Source: Macrostomum lignano (Eukaryota). Taken from it: DNA of 64,000 nucleotides. The notes beneath the pieces are model-generated. The model was not told the DNA's origin and ran no database searches. It saw only the letters and a program-made list of their open reading frames with translations. A program made the position numbers and the translations under genes. The stretch lies in the NCBI GenBank assembly GCA_002269645.1, contig NIVC01001516.1, forward strand, positions 5,796 through 69,795. Direction: 5' to 3'. This document shows, piece after piece, positions 43,590 through 62,220 of the stretch. Position 1 is the stretch's first letter. Each line of letters opens with the position of its first letter.

Positions 43590-46515
43590 TTGTTAGATTC
43601 AAGGCTGTCACCTGTTAGATCCAGGCTGTCACCTGTTAGATTGGAGCTGTCACCTGTTAGATTGGAGCTGTCATCTGTTAAATCCGAGCTGTCACCTGTT
43701 AGATTGAAGCTGTCACCTGTTAGATTGAAGCTGTCACCTGTTAGATTGATGCTGTCACCTGTTAGATTGGAGCTCTCACCTGTTAGATTGGAGCTCTCAC
43801 CTGTTACATTGGAGCTGTCACCTGTTAGATTGCAGCTGTCACCTGTTAGATTGGAGCTGTCACCTGTAGATTGGAGCTGTCACCTGTTATATTAGAGCTG
43901 TGACCTGTTAGATTGGAGCTGTCACCTGTTAGATTGGAGCTCTCACCTGTTAGATTGGAGCTGTCACCTGTTATATTGGAGCTGTCACCTGTAGATTGGA
44001 GCTGTCACCTGTTATATTGGAGCTGTCACCTGTTAGATTGCAGCTGTCACCTGTTAGATTGGAGCTCTCACCTGTTATGTTGGAGCTGTCACCTGTTATA
44101 TTGGAGCTGTCACCTGTAGATTGGAGCTGTCACCTGTAGATTGGAGCTGTCACCTGTTATATTGCAGCTGTCACCTGTTAGATTGGAGCTGTCACCTGTT
44201 AGATTGGAGCTCTCACCTGTTAGATTGGAGCTGTCACCTGTTATATTGGAGCTGTCACCTGTAGATTGGAGCTGTCACCTGTTACATTGGAGCTGTCACC
44301 TGTTAGATTGCAGCTGTCACCTGTTAGATTGGAGCTGTCACCTGTAGATTGGAGCTGTCACCTGTTATATTAGAGCTGTCACCTGTTAGACTTAGAGCTG
44401 ACCTGTTAAATTTAGATCTGTCACCTGTTAGATTGCAGCTGTCACCTGTTAGATCCAAACTGTCACCTGTTAGATTGGAGCTGTCACCTGTTAGATTGGA
44501 GCTGTCCCCTGTTAGATCCGAGCTGTCACCTGTTAGACTTAGAGCTGACCTGTAAATTTAGATCTGTCACCTGTTATATTGGAGCTGTCACCTGTTATAT
44601 TGGAGCTGTCCCCTGTTAGATCCGAGCTGTCACCTGTTAGACTTAGAGCTGACCTGTTAAATTTAGATCTGTCACCTGTTAGATTGCAGCTGTCACCTGT
44701 TAGATCCAAACTGTCACCTGTTAGATTGGAGCTGTCACCTGTTAAATTGGAGCTGTCACCTGTTATATTGGAGCTGTCACCTGTAGATTGGAGCTGTCAC
44801 CTGTAGATTGGAGCTGTCACCTGTTATATTGCAGCTGTCACCTGTTAGATTGGAGCTGTCACCTGTTAGATTGGAGCTGTCACCTGTTAGATTGGAGCTC
44901 TCACCTGTTAGATTGGAGCTCTCACCTGTTATGTTGGAGCTGTCACCTGTTATATTGGAGCTGTCACCTGTAGATTGGAGCTGTCACCTGTAGATTGGAG
45001 CTGTCACCTGTTATATTGCAGCTGTCACCTGTTAGATTGGAGCTGTCACCTGTTAGATTGGAGCTCTCACCTGTTAGATTGGAGCTGTCACCTGTTAGAT
45101 TGGAGCTGTCACCTGTTAGATTGCAGCTGTCACCTGTTAGATTGGAGCTGTCACCTGTAGATTGGAGCTGTCACCTGTTATATTAGAGCTGTGACCTGTT
45201 AGATTGGAGCTGTCACCTGTTAGATTGCAGCTGTCACCTGTTATATTGGAGCTGTCACCTGTAGATTGGAGCTGTCACCTGTTATATTGGAGCTGTCACC
45301 TGTTAGATTGCAGCTGTCACCTGTTAGATTGGAGCTCTCACCTGTTATGTTGGAGCTGTCACCTGTTATATTGGAGCTGTCACCTGTAGATTGGAGCTGT
45401 CACCTGTAGATTGGAGCTGTCACCTGTTATATTGCAGCTGTCACCTGTTAGATTGGAGCTGTCACCTGTTAGATTGGAGCTCTCACCTGTTAGATTGGAG
45501 CTGTCACCTGTTATATTGGAGCTGTCACCTGTAGATTGGAGCTGTCACCTGTTATATTGGAGCTGTCACCTGTTAGATTGGAGCTGTCACCTGTTATATT
45601 GGAGCTGTCACCTGTTATATTGGAGCTGTCCCCTGTTAGATCCGAGCTGTCACCTGTTAGACTTAGAGCTGACCTGTTAAATTTAGATCTGTCACCTGTT
45701 AGATTGCAGCTGTCACCTGTTAGATCCAAACTGTCACCTGTTAGATTGGAGCTGTCACCTGTTAGATTGGAGCTGTCCCCTGTTAGATCCGAGCTGTCAC
45801 CTGTTAGACTTAGAGCTGACCTGTAAATTTAGATCTGTCACCTGTTATATTGGAGCTGTCACCTGTTATATTGGAGCTGTCCCCTGTTAGATCCGAGCTG
45901 TCACCTGTTAGACTTAGAGCTGACCTGTTAAATTTAGATCTGTCACCTGTTAGATTGCAGCTGTCACCTGTTAGATCCAAACTGTCACCTGTTAGATTGG
46001 AGCTGTCATCTGTAGATTGCAGCTGTCACCTGTTAGATTGCAGCTGTCACCTGTTAGATTGCAGCTGTCACCTGTTAGATCCGAGCTGTCACCTGTTAGA
46101 TCCAAGCTGTCACCTGTTAGCTCCGAGCTGTCACCTGTTAGATTGGCGCTGTCAACTGTTAGATTAGAGCTGTCACCTGTTAGATCCGAGCTGTCACCTG
46201 TTAGATCCGAGCTGTCACCTGTTAGATCCAAACTGTCACCTGTTAGATCAAACTGTCACCTGTTAGATCCAAACTGTCACCTGTTAGATCCAAACTGTCA
46301 CCTGTTAGATCCGAGCTGTCACCTGTTAGATTGGAGCTGTCACCTGTTAGACTTAAAGCTGACCTGTTAAATTTAAATCTGTCACCTGTTAGATTGAAGC
46401 TGTCACCTGTTAGATCCGAGCTGTCACCTGTTAGATCTGAGCTTTCACCTGTTACACTTAGAGCTGACCTGTTACATTTAGATCTGTCACCTGTTTAGAT
46501 TGGAACTGTCACCTG
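43590..46515. repeat. ~21-bp satellite, ~2.9 kb, with higher-order blocks
   Basis: ttggagctgtcacctgttaga units. Confidence 0.97.
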
Positions 46516-47394
46516 CTTGACAATTTTACGCTCTACTCGAGTGCACAATACACCCCGTAGATACGCATATTATACATTTTTGGAAAATTGTAAAGTACTC
46601 GTACAACAGTGTTAAAGTGTCCCCCATTAGTGGCTGCCTGCTAGATAGAGGTGCAAAATGCACCAGCGAAAACTCCATTCAACTAAAAGCATGGGTGAAT
46701 GTTTCATTCCTCTTGGAAAACAGATCATCCACTTTTCAGTTATTAGTCAAACTAAACTCATATCCACGTTGACATCCGGTGTAAGCCTACACAAAGAGCA
46801 GAATTAAAGTGCACAAAGTGCTAAACTGCACCTATAACCATAGCAATAGAATCAGAATCCAATTATCCAGTAACACACACCATTGGGGCAGAGCGGCTCA
46901 GTATGAGGGCTTGTATGTGCTCAAAAGTCAGTATAATTAGGCAGAGAATTGCCCCAGCGCTGGTTGTGGGACAATGTCCCCTGTAGGACAAAGATTTACT
47001 GTGTTTTAGTTAGTCCCGCACTTATTTGCCTCGGTCACGGAGCAGGAGCTTGATTGATCGGCGGCTATAAATTCAACCCAAACTGCAATAAGCTTCTCTA
47101 TTTATTTCTATTCCCATGTAGGTCTCTCAAATGATCCCCGTATATTTTTTCTCATTTCTCCCTATTTCAATCGCTATGGCGCCTCGCTGAAGTGGCTGCT
47201 CAGCTTATTCGTCCACTCAGATCCAGGCTTCTGTAGACTGAATGCCCATTGCTGCCAGCCCTGCGCCTCGCTTGAGCCTCTGCTGTTTTTATGAATGACT
47301 TCCTATTGAGCTCTGGGAGCCTGCTCATTTCATCCTTCATCTCTGTTGTTTCTCCCTCTCCGTTTATTCAAAGTCAGGTCAATCCATCAGCTAA

Positions 47395-48745
47395 CTCTCA
47401 GTAAGATCTATAGACACCCAAACTCTCAGTTAGATCTATAGACACCCGAACTCTCACTCAGATCTAAAGACACCTGAACTCTCACTCAGATCTATAGACA
47501 CCCGAACTCTCAGATCTATAGACACCCGAACTCTCAGTTAGATCTATAGACACCCGAAATCTCAGTCAGATCTATAAACACCTGAACTCTCAGTCAGATC
47601 TATAGACAACCGAACTCTCAGTTAGATCTATAGACATCCAGACTGTTAGATCTATAGACACCCGACCTCTCACTCAGATCTAAAGACACCTGAACTCTCA
47701 CTTATATCTATAGACACCCGAACTCTCACTCAGATCTATAGACACCCGAACTCTCAGTTAGATCTATAGACACCCGAATCGTCAGTTAGATCTATAGACA
47801 CCCGAACCGACAGTTATATCTATAGGCACCCGAACCGGCAGTTAGATCTATAGACACCCGAACTCTCAGATCTATAGACACCCGAACTCTCAGTTAGATC
47901 TATAGACACCCGAAATCTCAGTCAGATCTATAAACACCTGAACTCTCAGTCAGATCTATAGACAACCGAACTCTCAGTTAGATCTATAGACATCCAGACT
48001 GTTAGATCTATAGACACCCGACCTCTCACTCAGATCTAAAGACACCTGAACTCTCACTTATATCTATAGACACCCGAACTCTCACTCAGATCTATAGACA
48101 CCCGAACTCTCAGTTAGATCTATAGACACCCGAATCGTCAGTTAGATCTATAGACACCCGAACCGACAGTTATATCTATAGGCACCCGAACCGGCAGTTA
48201 GATCTATAGACACCCGAACTCTCACTCAGATCTATAGACACCCGAACTCTCAGATCTATAGACACCCGAACTCTCAGTTAGATCTATAGACACCCGAAAT
48301 CTCAGTCAGATCTATAAACACCTGAACTCTCAGTCAGATCTATAGACAACCGAACTCTCAGTTAGATCTATAGACATCCAGACTGTTAGATCTATAGACA
48401 CCCGACCTCTCACTCAGATCTAAAGACACCTGAACTCTCACTTATATCTATAGACACCCGAACTCTCAGTTATATCTTTAGACACCCGAACCGTCAGTTA
48501 GATCTATAGACACCCGAACTCTCAGTTAGACCTATAGACACCCTAACTCTCACTCAGATCTATAGACACCCGAACCGTCAGTTTGATCTATAGACACTCG
48601 AACTCTCAGATCTATAGACACTCGAACTCTCACTCATATCTATAGACACCCGAAATTTAAATTAGATCTGTCAACACCCGAACTCTCACTCAGATCTATA
48701 GACACCTGAACCGTCAGTTAGATCTATAAACAGCACTAAATTTCA
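47395..48745. repeat. ~25-29-bp satellite with long internal duplication
   Basis: agatctatagacacccgaactctcagtt units. Confidence 0.95.
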
Positions 48746-49189
48746 GTCAGATCTACAGATCTATAGGTTTCCATGAGTTTGGCAATCTATCTGTACTTAG
48801 TTTAAAGTAAAAAAATGCACTATTGCCTAGTCCAGTGGAGCGTGAACTAACGCCATACATAGATCTATAAATATTCTTGTTATTTTCTGTTTCGAGTGCT
48901 CGCACGAAAGTGACAAGCCGGGGCCACAAGGCTTGAAGTCTCCGTCTTAGATAGTCCAATTTAAATGAGGTTATTTGCTGTTATTACCATAAGCCCACTT
49001 GCAACCTTTATAAACAGTTGGTGGATCAGCTGTTGTGTTCCCACTGTCTCTGCTTACTTGAGAAGGTAGGAATGGCTGTCTAAGTCTAGCACAGCTTATA
49101 ATTGCTTCATACGCAAGTAAATACCGGTATCTTATAATAGCAAGTAAATACTCCTTATCCTTATATAAAGACCCTTGCATGAATGCGAA

Positions 49190-51320
49190 GTATCTACTGA
49201 GCATCACATTAGCTACTGAGCATCACAATAATCTACTGAGCATCACATTAGCTACTGAGCATCACAATAATCTACTGAGCATCACATTAGCTACTGAGCA
49301 TCACAATTAGCTACTGAGAATCACAATTAGCTACTGAGCATCACAATTAGCTACTGGCCATCACAATTAGCTACTGACCATCACAATTAGCTGCTGACCA
49401 TCACAATTAGCTACTGACCATCACAATTAGCTGCTGACCATCACAATTAGCTGCTGGCCATCACAATTAGCTACTGCCCATCGCAATTAGCTACTGACCA
49501 TCACAATTAGCTGCTGACCATCGCAATTAGCTGCTGACCATCACAATTAGCTGCTGACCATCGCAATTAGCTGCTGACCATCACAATTAGCTACTGGCCA
49601 TCACAATAATCTACTGCCCATCACAATTAGCTGCTGACCATCACAATTAGCTGCTGACCATCGCAATTAGCTGCTGACCATCACAATTAGCTGCTGACCA
49701 TCGCAATTAGCTGCTGACCATCACAATTAGCTACTGGCCATCGCAATTAGCTGCTGACCATCACAATTAGCTACTGGCCATCACAATAATCTACTGCCCA
49801 TCAAAATTAGCTGCTGACCATCACAATTAGCTGCTGACCATCGCAATTAGCTGCTGACCATCACAATTAGCTGCTGACCATCACAATTAGCTACTGGCCA
49901 TCACAATAATCTACTGCCCATCAAAATTAGCTGCTGACCATCACAATTAGCTGCTGACCATCGCAATTAGCTGCTGACCATCACAATTAGCTGCTGACCA
50001 TCGCAATTAGCTGCTGACCATCACAATTAGCTACTGGCCATCGCAATTAGCTGCTGACCATCACAATTAGCTACTGGCCATCACAATAATCTACTGCCCA
50101 TCACAATTAGCTACTGAGCATCACAATAATCTACTGCCCATCACAATTAGCTACTGAGCATCACAATTAGCTGCTGACCATCGCAATTAGCTGCTGACCA
50201 TCACAATTAGCTACTGGCCATCGCAATTAGCTGCTGACCATCACAATTAGCTACTGGCCATCACAATAATCTACTGCCCATCACAATTAGCTGCTGACCA
50301 TCACAATTAGCTACTGACCATCACAATTAGCTACTGACCATCACAATTAGCTACTGGCCATCACAATTAGCTACTGCCCATCGCAATTAGCTGCTGACCA
50401 TCACAATTAGCTACTGGCCATCACAATAATCTACTGCCCATCACAATTAGCTGCTGACCATCACAATTAGCTGCTGACCATCGCAATTAGCTGCTGACCA
50501 TCACAATTAGCTGCTGACCATCGCAATTAGCTGCTGACCATCACAATTAGCTACTGGCCATCGCAATTAGCTGCTGACCATCACAATTAGCTACTGGCCA
50601 TCACAATAATCTACTGCCAATCAAAATTAGCTGCTGACCATCACAATTAGCTGCTGACCATCGCAATTAGCTGCTGACCATCACAATTAGCTGCTGACCA
50701 TCGCAATTAGCTGCTGACCATCACAATTAGCTACTGGCCATCGCAATTAGCTGCTGACCATCACAATTAGCTACTGGCCATCACAATAATCTACTGCCCA
50801 TCAAAATTAGCTGCTGACCATCACAATTAGCTACTGACCATCACAATTAGCTACTGCCCATCGCAATTAGCTGCTGACCATCACAATTAGCTACTGGCCA
50901 TCACAATAATCTACTGCCCATCACAATTAGCTACTGAGCATCACAATAATCTACTGCCCATCACAATTAGCTACTGAGCATCACAATTAGCTGCTGACCA
51001 TCGCAATTAGCTGCTGACCATCACAATTAGCTACTGGCCATCGCAATTAGCTGCTGACCATCACAATTAGCTACTGGCCATCACAATAATCTACTGCCCA
51101 TCACAATTAGCTGCTGACCATCACAATTAGCTACTGACCATCACAATTAGCTACTGACCATCACAATTAGCTACTGGCCATCACAATTAGCTACTGCCCA
51201 TCGCAATTAGCTGCTGACCATCACAATTAGCTACTGGCCATCACAATAATCTACTGCCCATCACAATTAGCTACTGAGCATCACAATAATCTACTGCCCA
51301 TCACAATTAGCTACTGAGCA
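49190..51320. repeat. 20-bp satellite, ~2.1 kb
   Basis: ctactgaccatcacaattag units running up to the CocE-like acceptor. Confidence 0.97.
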
Positions 51321-51346
51321 TAATTGCAGTGCCCCACGTATTGCAG

Positions 51347-56159
<4,813 letters not shown>

Positions 56160-56164
56160 GTACA

Positions 56165-56940
56165 GTCAGACTGGGAATTCCCTGAGATGGACAGGAGAGA
56201 CTCAGACTGGCAATTCCCTGAGATGGACAGGAGAGACTCAGACTGGCAATTCCCTGAGATGGACAGGAGAGACTCAGACTGGCAATTCCCTGAGATGGAC
56301 AGGAGAGACTCAGACTGGCAATTCCCTGAGATGGACAGGAGAGACTCAGACTGGCAATTCCCTGAGATGGACAGGAGAGACTCAGACTGGCAATTCCCTG
56401 AAATGGACAGGAGAGACTCAGACTGGCAATTCCCTGAGATGGACAGGAGAGACTCAGACTGGCAATTCCCTGAGATGGACAGGAGAGACTCAGACTGGCA
56501 ATTCCCTGAGATGGACAGGAGAGACTCAGACTGGCAATTCCCTGAGATGGACAGGAGAGACTCAGTAAGGAATTTCCTGGGATTGGCTGGGTAGACTCTG
56601 TGGGAATTCCTTAAGATTGGCAGAAGAGACTCAGTGGGAATTCTCTGAGATTGGCAGGAGAGATTCAGTAAGGAATTCCCTGAGATTGGCTGGGTAGACT
56701 CTGTGGGAATTCCTTAAGATTGCAGAAGAGACTCAGTGGGAATTCTCTGAGATTGGCAGGAGAGATTCAGTAAGGAATTTCCTGAGATTGGCTGGGTAGA
56801 CTCTGTGGAATTCCTTAAGATTGGCAGGAGTGACTCAGTGGGGAATTCCCTGAGATTGGCGGGAGAGGCTCGGCGGGAATTCTCTGAGATTGGCAGGAGA
56901 GACTCAGAGGGGAATTCCCTCAGATTGGCTGGGGAGACTC
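56165..56940. repeat. 36-bp minisatellite followed by a related degenerate ~31-bp repeat
   Basis: cagactggcaattccctgagatggacaggagagact, ~11 near-perfect copies starting just after the CocE-like stop. Confidence 0.95.
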
Positions 56941-57177
56941 AAAGTTCTCTGTGCTTGTAAGCTGGTGGAGGTTTGATACGAGAGGTAAATAAGCATAAAT
57001 CTGTAGCAATGTAGCATTTTAGGCAACTTTGAGTCAAAATGTTTGAAATAAATGAAGAATAACGAAACGTTTTTCGATATAATCTATTGTTGTATTGTTA
57101 AAGAATGAACAGAATGAACTTCATGTTTGTTTTCCAACGCATTTTGGTTACCATGGCAACCGATGCTCATTTCCTGG

Positions 57178-59108
57178 TCAGTTCCTAGACTTCTCCCTGG
57201 CCCTCAGCCACAGACAGGCAAAGGCCAGCAGCCGCAGGCCGAGAATCAGGGCGCACAGCATGCCCAGATTGAAGCCCGTTCGCTCCGCGCTAAAGTTCAA
57301 ACTTTCGATGACGTCACTGCCGGTGCGGAACACCTGCCGCTTGCCGTCCAACGGACAGCTGATGTTGGCCACGCGGCTCCACTGGTTCACCACCAGGGTC
57401 TCGTAGCCGTAGCTGAACCAGGACAGGTAGCGGAGCCAGTCCAGCCAGACAGGTATGCTGGCCTGGTTGAGGAAGAACCCGCCCAAGGGCAGGAAGGGCA
57501 GGATGGCCGCGGTTGGACACGGCCAGGCGATGTCGATTCGGCCGCTGGCGGTGGCTACAAAGTAGGCCAGGGAGACGGCCGACTTGCAGATGAGCACAAC
57601 CACGAGGAGGGCCATCAAGAAGGCCGGCAGGCTGCGCTCCAGCCGATGGCCCAGTAGATGACCACAGTGAAGCTGAACGGAAGCAGCAGGAAGAGCGGCG
57701 TCTCTGCCAAATTCTTGCACAGGAAGTAGGCGTCACCCGGTACATGCCGTTGTGATGCTCTCGAAAAAAAATCGGGCAACTCCAGCGGAAAGAGTTGAGC
57801 ACAGTGTAGAAGTTTGAGAAGGTTGTGTTAGTCAGGAATAGGAACAGCGCGCCGTTCAAGTTCATCACTCCGTTCTGGTCGTAGCGTTGGTCAAAGTAAA
57901 CGGCGGCCACGATCACCGCCACCACGATGGTCTGCAGGATGCGCACGGCGAAGACGTTCGCGTCGCGAGCCTGGGCCAGCCAGCAGCGCCACAGCAGCGC
58001 AGCACCTGCCGGCTCCAGGACGCTCGGTAGGGCGACTGGCCCGTCAACTGGCTGGCCACGCTGGCCACCTGCTGGCTGTCGCAGAAGTCCCGACAGCGGA
58101 CGGCCTCCAGCACGGCCTCGGCCAGGGCCGATTTTGCGAACGTGACGGCCAGCTGGTCGACTCGCTGCCGGCACTCGGCTTCCGAGCCGGCGCGCACAGC
58201 CAGCGCGTGCACGAAATGGTCGGCCGGGTTGAAGTTGGCCGGGCACGGGTAGCCGCAGTCGGCGAAGAATCCGAGCGCGTCCGACGCCGGGCCCAGATAG
58301 GCGACCCGGCCCTCGGCCATCAGCATCAGCTGGTCGAACAGGGCGAACGACTCGAGGACGGCTGGTGGATGGTGCACAGAATGGTGCGGCGGCCGTTGGC
58401 GGCCAATCGCCGGAGAGTCCGCACGACAGTCTCGGCCATGTAGCTGTCCAGCCCGGAGGTCGGCTCGTCGCAGAACATCAGTGGCGGATTGGTTAGCAAC
58501 TCGGACGCGAAGCTGAGGCGCTTCATCTCGCCGCCTGAGATGCCTTGCGCGTGCCGGGATTCCCTATGTAGTCTTCGGCGCACTTGACCAGTCCCATCTC
58601 GTCCAGACTTCCTCGACTCTTTGGCGCCGGTCCTGCAGCGACATTTTCGACTCCATGCGTAGCAGCGCCTGAAACCAGAGGTGCTCCCGAACCTTCAGCG
58701 TCCGATGAACATGTCGTCCTGCTGCACGTAAGCCGACAAAGCTTTGATGCCTTTGTCAACGCTAAGGCCGTTCACCTTGACTGAGCCCTGAATGGTCAGG
58801 CTGGACTGGTTTCTGGCCGTGAGCACGTTGAGCAGAGTGCTCTTGCCGGCCCCGGACGCGCCCAGGATGGCCAGCAGGGTGCCAGGCTTGGCCACGCCGG
58901 TCACCCCGTGTAGGATCTGCTTCCTGGCGTCCGTCTCGTAGGCCCGGCCGCAGCAGTCGGTGGCGATGACAGGTGCGAATACGTTGACATTCTCCCAGGC
59001 CAGTGTGATGGAGCTGATTGTTTCTACCAGGGTGAGGCTGCGCCTGTACCGGCTCGAGTCCCGGCTGGGCTGTCTGTCAGTGCCTGAAGAGCGGTGGTTG
59101 TGCTGCAA
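57178..59108 (-). CDS. white: White-like ABCG half transporter, frame broken by several 1-nt indels (likely consensus error; pseudogene possible)
   Basis: Walker [20 protein letters not shown], signature GISGGEMKR, Walker [34 protein letters not shown] ...[10 protein letters not shown]...[19 protein letters not shown], spread over six ORF fragments. Confidence 0.85.
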
Positions 59109-59814
59109 GGGTGACAGTCGGCCGCCTCATTCGGGCTCCGGACCCAACTAGCTTTCCTTTCTTTTGCCAATGCTTTCTTGTCATTTACTATTTCGAGCGC
59201 CTTGCCCATAGACATCTGAATAAAACTATAAATACGAGTAGATAAGCCGGACGCTTTCAGTTCTAAGACGTCCTTAGTTAACACATCTTTATTGAAAGTT
59301 CCGACACTTTTAAGCCCAGTGCAAAAACGGAAGCAGCTCTGCAAACACAAATTTGGTGTCATTTCCTGACTGTCTGACAGTGAAAGCGACAATGAATATA
59401 GAACACGATGGCTTGTCCTTAAAGAAACTAACTGTTGGCTTTAGTCATCATTACCCTTCAAGGCAGCCTTCTCAACATAAGCCTCAACCTGTAGCACCAC
59501 TGCGTCCACATGCAGTTGCGCTATAAGCTGAACACTGCCCCCCGCCGTTCACTGCTGCCACACCTGCATGACCACATAAAAAGTTACAGCAATTGACATA
59601 ATTGAATATTACGCAGTTTTATGAAATTTGTTTGCGCAAACTTTCTTATCGGGCGTCCATGACTGATATGTAGAAGTTACTAATGGGCACACACTGGAGG
59701 ACGGGCAGTGCAACTGACAAAAAATAAAAGTTGATAGCCAACTATCTATCATTTCCCTGTCCCTGTCAGTGTGATATGCGTTGTCAATACCACAGCACAG
59801 CTACTGAGTATCTG

Positions 59815-60215
59815 AAAGGCTGGCACAGCAACTGAGGATCTGGGAGGCTGGCCAGCAACTGAGGATCTGGGAGGCTGGCCCAGCAACTGAGGATCTGGGA
59901 GGCTGGCACAGCAACTGAGGATCTGGGAGGCTGGCTGGCCCAGAAACTGAGGATCTGGGAGGCTGGCTGGCCTAGAAACTGAGGATCTGGGAGGCTGGCA
60001 CAGAAACTGAGGATCTGGGAGGCTGGCCAGCAACTGAGGATCTGGGAGGCTGAATCATCGACTGAGGATCTGAGAGGCTGGCACAGCAACTGAGGATCTG
60101 GGAGGCTGGCACAGCACTGAGGATCTGGGAGGCTGGCACAGCAACTGAGGATCTGGGAGGCTGGCACAGCAACTGAGGATCTGGGATGCTGGCACAGCAA
60201 CTGAGGATCTGGGAG
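59815..60215. repeat. ~28-bp minisatellite in probable first ABCG intron
   Basis: ggcacagcaactgaggatctgggaggct units. Confidence 0.93.
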
Positions 60216-60239
60216 TTACTGTAGCTCTCATGTTCTCAC

Positions 60240-60511
60240 CCAAATCAGGACCAGCAACTCTGGTAGATCACTCCAGAATCGAACCCCTGCTCACCGTAGG
60301 TATTCCCATTTCCAAGCGTCATGCCAGCCGCAGCCTTCTGCCTCGGAGTTGGGTACTCCTTCTCGATGAAGGTCTCGTAGCCTGACTGGTCGCTGGCCGC
60401 TGCAGCCTCCACATCCGACGGCATCAACGGCAGCTCCTCCTCCGCCGCTGCCGCTGCTGCTGAGTTGCTTCGGCGGCCGAACCTGCCAGAACTCGACTGT
60501 GTTCTCGGCAT
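60240..60511 (-). CDS. Probable N-terminal exon of the ABCG gene
   Basis: GC-rich ORF MPRTQSSSGR...EEELPLMPSDVE... ending next to a gtgaga donor near 60240; the stop just before the donor may be another indel. Confidence 0.45.
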
Positions 60512-61649
60512 TCCTCTCCTACGCCCTTCGTTTTACTCAATAGTAATAAAGAGGCCTGAGCGCCTGGCTAAATGCTGTGTTGGGCTGATCTGGTTTCAAA
60601 GGTAGCCTTTGCGCTGACCAATTTTCTACAAGCGAGCCTCCGCGCGAAGGTGAGAGTAAACCCCCGATAAGCGACTGAACTGATAACGAGGGTCGAGCAA
60701 GATCGAGACAGACAGAGAGACACGATAGAATTTCGGCACCAACCCCCTTCCACCCATAGCCGTGCCAAGTGCTGTCAAAGCTCCTACCGTCAGCCTTTCA
60801 AAATCAACGTGCGCGGTGGTCTGATTTATTTAAACAAATAAACGTATAGTTTAATTAGCAAGTTGTAAAGATAAGACAATTACGAGCATATCCTATTTAT
60901 ACATTGAATCAGCTGGACTCTCCTACACCCCATACTGTGCGCTTCTATTGCTACTGACAGTAGCCAGGCTTGTCTGAAAAGCAGAGAAAACTATTTCAAT
61001 TAGAAATAAAAAACATTATGGCTCATAATAAAGTACAGCAAGGAATAGCAAATCCGAACTCGGAACTCGGTGAACTAAAAAATGTGATTTCTTCCAATTC
61101 TTCTTATCAGAGTCGCCGCGCACACTGGGACACCTGTTTACTGGCGGCTGTCAGTCAGATAAAACTTTCTCCTCCTCGAAGTGATGAGCGACTAACTGCG
61201 GGCTCGCCATCATCTTAATATAAAAAGTACAAATGCAGCAGCTTTGTATTTGTATTGGTCCGGTGCGCAGTGGAATGCGTCAGGGCGTGAGGGGAATGAT
61301 GCCAATTCCTGTCTCTGCTGATTTGCACTTTTTTGCGCTGAATTCTTACATTTCCCAGCATCCTCTTTCACGGCTAGGCTTTGCTATGATTGAAATTATT
61401 TTCAAGACTTCTCTTCTTGACTTTGAGAACTTTGGTGTTGAAATCTGACACCAGCGCTCACAGCTGACTGTGCTTGCTGTGCCTGTGCGCTTTCAAAAAC
61501 TTCGATGTTCAATGATTTTCTCTTAGAGAAACTCCGTCTTTGCCTGCCAGCGGCCCTGTCTGCTTTCATCTGCCCTCCTCGCTCCTCTTTTGCCAGGATT
61601 AATCTGACTTTTCCTTCTCTCTTACTTCCCTCCTAATATTTGTCTCTAT

Positions 61650-62220
61650 AATCTTACTCCACTTCTCTCCCTGCCTGTCCCTCCACTTCTCTCCCTCCCT
61701 GTCACTCCACTTCTCTCCCTCCCAGTCAGTCTACATCTCTTCCTTCCTGCTCCTCTACTTCTCTCCCTCCCTGTCACTCAACTTCTCTCCCTCCCTGTCA
61801 ATCTACTTCTCCCTCCCTGTCACTCTACTTCTCTTCCTCCCTGTCACTCTACTTCTCTTCCTCCCTGTCACTCTACTTCTCTCCCTCCCTGTCACTCCAC
61901 TCCACTTCTCTCCTCCCTGTCACTCCACTTCTCTTCCTCCCTGTCACTCCACTTCTCTCCCTCCCTGTCACTCCACTTCTCTCCCTCCCTGTCACTCCAC
62001 TTCTCTTCCTCCCTGTCACTCCACTTCTCTACCTCCCTGTCAGTCTACTTCTCTCCCCCCTGTCACTCAACTTCTCTCCCTCCCTGTCTCTCTACTTCTC
62101 TCCCGATCTGTCACTCCTCTACTTCTCTCCATCCCTGTCATTCAACTTCTCTAACTCCCTGTCACTCCACTTCTCTCCCTCCCTGTCACTCTACTTCTCT
62201 CAATCCCACTCTACTTCTCT
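61650..62220. repeat. ~24-bp pyrimidine-rich minisatellite
   Basis: ccctgtcactccacttctctccct units. Confidence 0.9.

Noticed and set aside
43590-46370. LELSPVR-repeat ORFs
   Set aside because: Satellite translations broken by frequent 1-bp unit variants.
46860-46950. Possible tRNA/SINE head (ggggcagagcggctcagt...)
   Set aside because: Only a weak A-box, no B-box or cloverleaf.
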